From assembly GCA_031402225.1 (NCBI GenBank), contig JANNSD010000034.1, positions 406 to 64,405 on the forward strand: a stretch of DNA of 64,000 nucleotides, read 5' to 3'. A program made the position numbers and the translations under genes. This DNA comes from Gemmatimonadota bacterium (lineage in GTDB: Bacteria; Gemmatimonadota; Gemmatimonadetes; Gemmatimonadales; GWC2-71-9). The notes below the pieces were generated by a model. That model made no database searches. It had not been told where the DNA came from and was given only the letters and a program-made list of their open reading frames with translations. This document shows positions 61,580 to 64,000 of the stretch, piece after piece. The number at the start of each line of letters is the position of its first letter. Position 1 is the first letter of the stretch.

Positions 61580-64000
61580 TCAGGGCGTGTGTTGCGCGGA
61601 GAGCTCGGCGGGAAAGTTCTCGACCACGACGAGTTCCCGCTGGCCACCCTTCCCGGCGCCCTGACGAATCATGACAAAGCGCTTGCCGTCGCGGGTGATG
61701 TCCCAGGAGCCGTATGTGGCGACGTAGGGCGCGCCCTGGATGGGGAGGGTACGGCGCTGGCCGGCGATGAACGTCGGCCCCGGCAGGACGGCCACCGCGT
61801 TGAGCTGGCCCGTCGTATTCTCGCCGCCGCTCCAGTAGAACAGCTCGCGACTGTCGGGAGACCACAAGGGCTCGAAGCCACTGCCGGTCGACACCTGCCA
61901 CCGCGCTGACCCGGCGTCGGGAAAGGGACGCACGTAAATCTCGAAGGCGCCTGACTCATTGGAGGCGTATGCCAGCCAGCGCCCATCGGGGGAGAGTGCC
62001 GGCGTGACCTCCTCAAAGTTCGTGTGCACGAGGGGAACCAGGGAGGTATCCCCGCTGGTGCGGCGGGCCAAGAGGTCGGCCGGGTTGGTAAGGAACATGA
62101 GCCACTTCCCATCGCGGCTCCAGCTCGCCGCATTCACGACCCGGCCCGGTATGGTCAGCACCGGTTCCGTCGCACCGATTCCGTCGGCGCGCTTGCGATA
62201 GAACTGGGGACCGGAGCCATGGTTGGCGATGAAACCCACGTATTGCCCGTCGGGCGACCAGGTGGGACGGATACTCCGGTTTCCCTCGAAGGTGAGCTTG
62301 CTGAGCGGCCCGTCGGGCAACTGCTTGATCCAGACCTGTTGTTCAGTCCCCTCGATCTTGCTGATGGCGAGCCGGCGCCCATCCGGGGAGAGTGCCAGGG
62401 TCGCGAAGTCACCCACAAAGCTCGAATCGATCGGGGTGACCGAACCGTCGCGATTCACGTACACAGGCTGACTGGGGTCCATCGCGGCCCCGCCGGCCCG
62501 GTACACCAGCGTCCCCGACATGGAGATGGCGAGGTCCACAGCGCCGAAGGACCGTCTCCCAATGTCACTGCCGATGGCGAACGGCTCCCCGCTTATCGCG
62601 AGCCGGTCGAGGTCGAAATGGACCGCCAGCAGTTCGCCTGCCGCCGTGACGTACAGGAGGTAGCCGCCTGGTGCATAGCGACCAGTGATCGCCTGGACCA
62701 GGGTGTGCACCTTCATCGTTTTCGTGTCGAGGACGGCCAGTTGGCTCCGGTCCTCAGTGTTCCCGCGCTGCTGAATGGTGAAGAGGACGCCGCGCCCCTT
62801 CGGCAGGGCATTGGGCCAGAAATGGTCCTGCTCTCCGCGCGCGGTGTCGACGGTGGTGACCTGTTGCATGACCTTCGCACCGTTCGGCGCGACACGCATG
62901 AGCCCGGTGGTGCCACCGCCGGTGAGCCCGTCAAAGTAGATGAACCCGTCCTCGCTCCAGGTTGCGCCATCGGCCCCGATCCCCGAGTCCGCGACGGTAA
63001 TGGGCGGTGCACCGGTGAGGCTCACGACCTTGATCTCGGTGTTGCCCTCGAGAGTGTACCCGACGCGCTGGCCGTCGGGCGAGAAGAACGGCACCGTTGG
63101 GTGACTGGCGCCGGGAATCGGCGTGGCGCGGAGCTGGTTCCGGTTCCGGAGCCAGAGTTGGGACCCATCGGGCCCGCTACCGGAGTAGGCCAGGCGGGAT
63201 CCGTCGGGCGAAATGGCGATGCGGTGTCCGCGCGTGTCGGCGAGGGCCTGGTCGGCGGGGAGGAGGGTGGTATAGCGAAGGACGGGACGGGGGGGCTCCG
63301 AGCGGAGCGCCCTTCCTGCCAGGGCCGCGAGGATCGCGGTAAGCGCCAAGGCAGCAAGGACGGGAAGACGCTGACGTGAGGACGTGAGGACGTGAGGACG
63401 CGAAGATCCTTCGCTTCGCTCAGGATGACGTGAGGACGTGAGGACGTGAGGACTTGAAAGTGCCTCGGCGAATTCCTTCGCGGTGCCGAAGCGATCGGCG
63501 GGGAGCTTTTGGAGGGCGGTTAGTACGGCGTGTTCTACTGCCGACGGGACGCTAGGGCGCACAGGGCGCATAGGGCGCGGAGACTCGGTCAGTACCTTCG
63601 CGACGATCGCCTGGGAGTTGAGGCCGGTGAACGGCGGCTCACCCGTGAGCATCTCGTAGGTCATCGCACCCAACGCATAGACATCACTGCGGGCGCCGAG
63701 GTCGCGCTCACCCATGGCCTGTTCGGGCGACATGTAGGCAGGGGTGCCGAGCGACATGCCCGTCTGGGTCATGCGGCTGCCGCCGGCCTGCTGGACCGCG
63801 AGCGCGATACCGAAGTCGGCGACGAGCGCCGAGCCATCCTGCAGCAGGATGTTTTCCGGCTTGATGTCGCGGTGGACGACGCCCTGGCGGTGGGCGTAGT
63901 CGAGGGCGGATGCGACTTCCTTCGCGAGGCGGAGCGCGTCTTCGATGGGGAGCTGCTTGTCGCGGGTCAGCCGATTGCGGAGCGACTCGCCCGAGACGTA
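61580..64000 (-). CDS. Ser/Thr protein kinase with TolB-like beta-propeller; N-terminus beyond the window edge
   Basis: The frame is open to 64000 upstream of the track start (63772): ...[29 protein letters not shown]...[10 protein letters not shown]-terminal PD40-type blades. Confidence 0.9.
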   Translation of the reverse strand, partial: YVSGESLRNRLTRDKQLPIEDALRLAKEVASALDYAHRQGVVHRDIKPENILLQDGSALVADFGIALAVQQAGGSRMTQTGMSLGTPAYMSPEQAMGERDLGARSDVYALGAMTYEMLTGEPPFTGLNSQAIVAKVLTESPRPMRPVRPSVPSAVEHAVLTALQKLPADRFGTAKEFAEALSSPHVLTSSRHPERSEGSSRPHVLTSSRQRLPVLAALALTAILAALAGRALRSEPPRPVLRYTTLLPADQALADTRGHRIAISPDGSRLAYSGSGPDGSQLWLRNRNQLRATPIPGASHPTVPFFSPDGQRVGYTLEGNTEIKVVSLTGAPPITVADSGIGADGATWSEDGFIYFDGLTGGGTTGLMRVAPNGAKVMQQVTTVDTARGEQDHFWPNALPKGRGVLFTIQQRGNTEDRSQLAVLDTKTMKVHTLVQAITGRYAPGGYLLYVTAAGELLAVHFDLDRLAISGEPFAIGSDIGRRSFGAVDLAISMSGTLVYRAGGAAMDPSQPVYVNRDGSVTPIDSSFVGDFATLALSPDGRRLAISKIEGTEQQVWIKQLPDGPLSKLTFEGNRSIRPTWSPDGQYVGFIANHGSGPQFYRKRADGIGATEPVLTIPGRVVNAASWSRDGKWLMFLTNPADLLARRTSGDTSLVPLVHTNFEEVTPALSPDGRWLAYASNESGAFEIYVRPFPDAGSARWQVSTGSGFEPLWSPDSRELFYWSGGENTTGQLNAVAVLPGPTFIAGQRRTLPIQGAPYVATYGSWDITRDGKRFVMIRQGAGKGGQRELVVVENFPAELSAQHTP
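63376..63453 (-). repeat. Composite in-frame insert in the kinase linker: GTGAGGAC x3, REP-like copy f (63405..63429), GTGAGGAC x3
   Basis: Encodes SSPHVLTSSRHPERSEGSSRPHVLTSSR between the kinase domain and the TM segment. Confidence 0.85.

Noticed and set aside
1-64000. Scan for rRNA, tRNA and other structured RNA genes
   Set aside because: I recognised no rRNA-like conserved stretches or tRNA cloverleaf-like segments in the intergenic regions by eye. A tRNAscan/Infernal run would be needed to exclude small RNAs.

Overview
High-GC (about 67%) bacterial chromosomal segment. The many Hanks-type Ser/Thr kinases fused to TolB-like propellers or TPR domains, and the HPERSEGS-type repeat, suggest a Gemmatimonadota/Acidobacteriota-like soil organism (inference only). 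All functional calls come from reading the ORF translations and recognising motifs; no searches were run. Most of the window is ordinary metabolic and envelope genes: amine oxidases, Dps, a deaminase, an FeS-type photolyase with DUF2256, an ornithine cyclodeaminase/enolase pair, an acyl-CoA synthetase and a TolC-MFP-RND efflux operon. There is also a translationally coupled seven-gene operon (42.4-50.6 kb) built around an APH-kinase/M23/class-III aminotransferase fusion. The main non-routine features are: (1) a decayed chromosomal integron at about 27.2-31.1 kb, with an internally deleted intI pseudogene, five to six attC-like sites, and lower-GC cassettes carrying MazEF, ParE-antitoxin and several broken genes; (2) an operon pairing an LCIB-like beta-carbonic anhydrase homolog with a bestrophin channel; (3) a hairpin-forming REP-like element (GATCCTTCGCTTCGCTCAGGATGAC) in six same-orientation copies, found between genes, just upstream of start codons, and in frame inside kinase genes, some copies flanked by 18-nt or 8-nt tandem repeats; (4) 7- and 8-nt microsatellites in the 5' coding ends of envelope genes; (5) a 385-bp direct duplication of a DoxX-like gene bracketing a 6.3-kb block; (6) several decay zones where toxin-antitoxin, transposase and kinase genes survive only as internally deleted stubs. 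I saw no rRNA, tRNA or CRISPR array.
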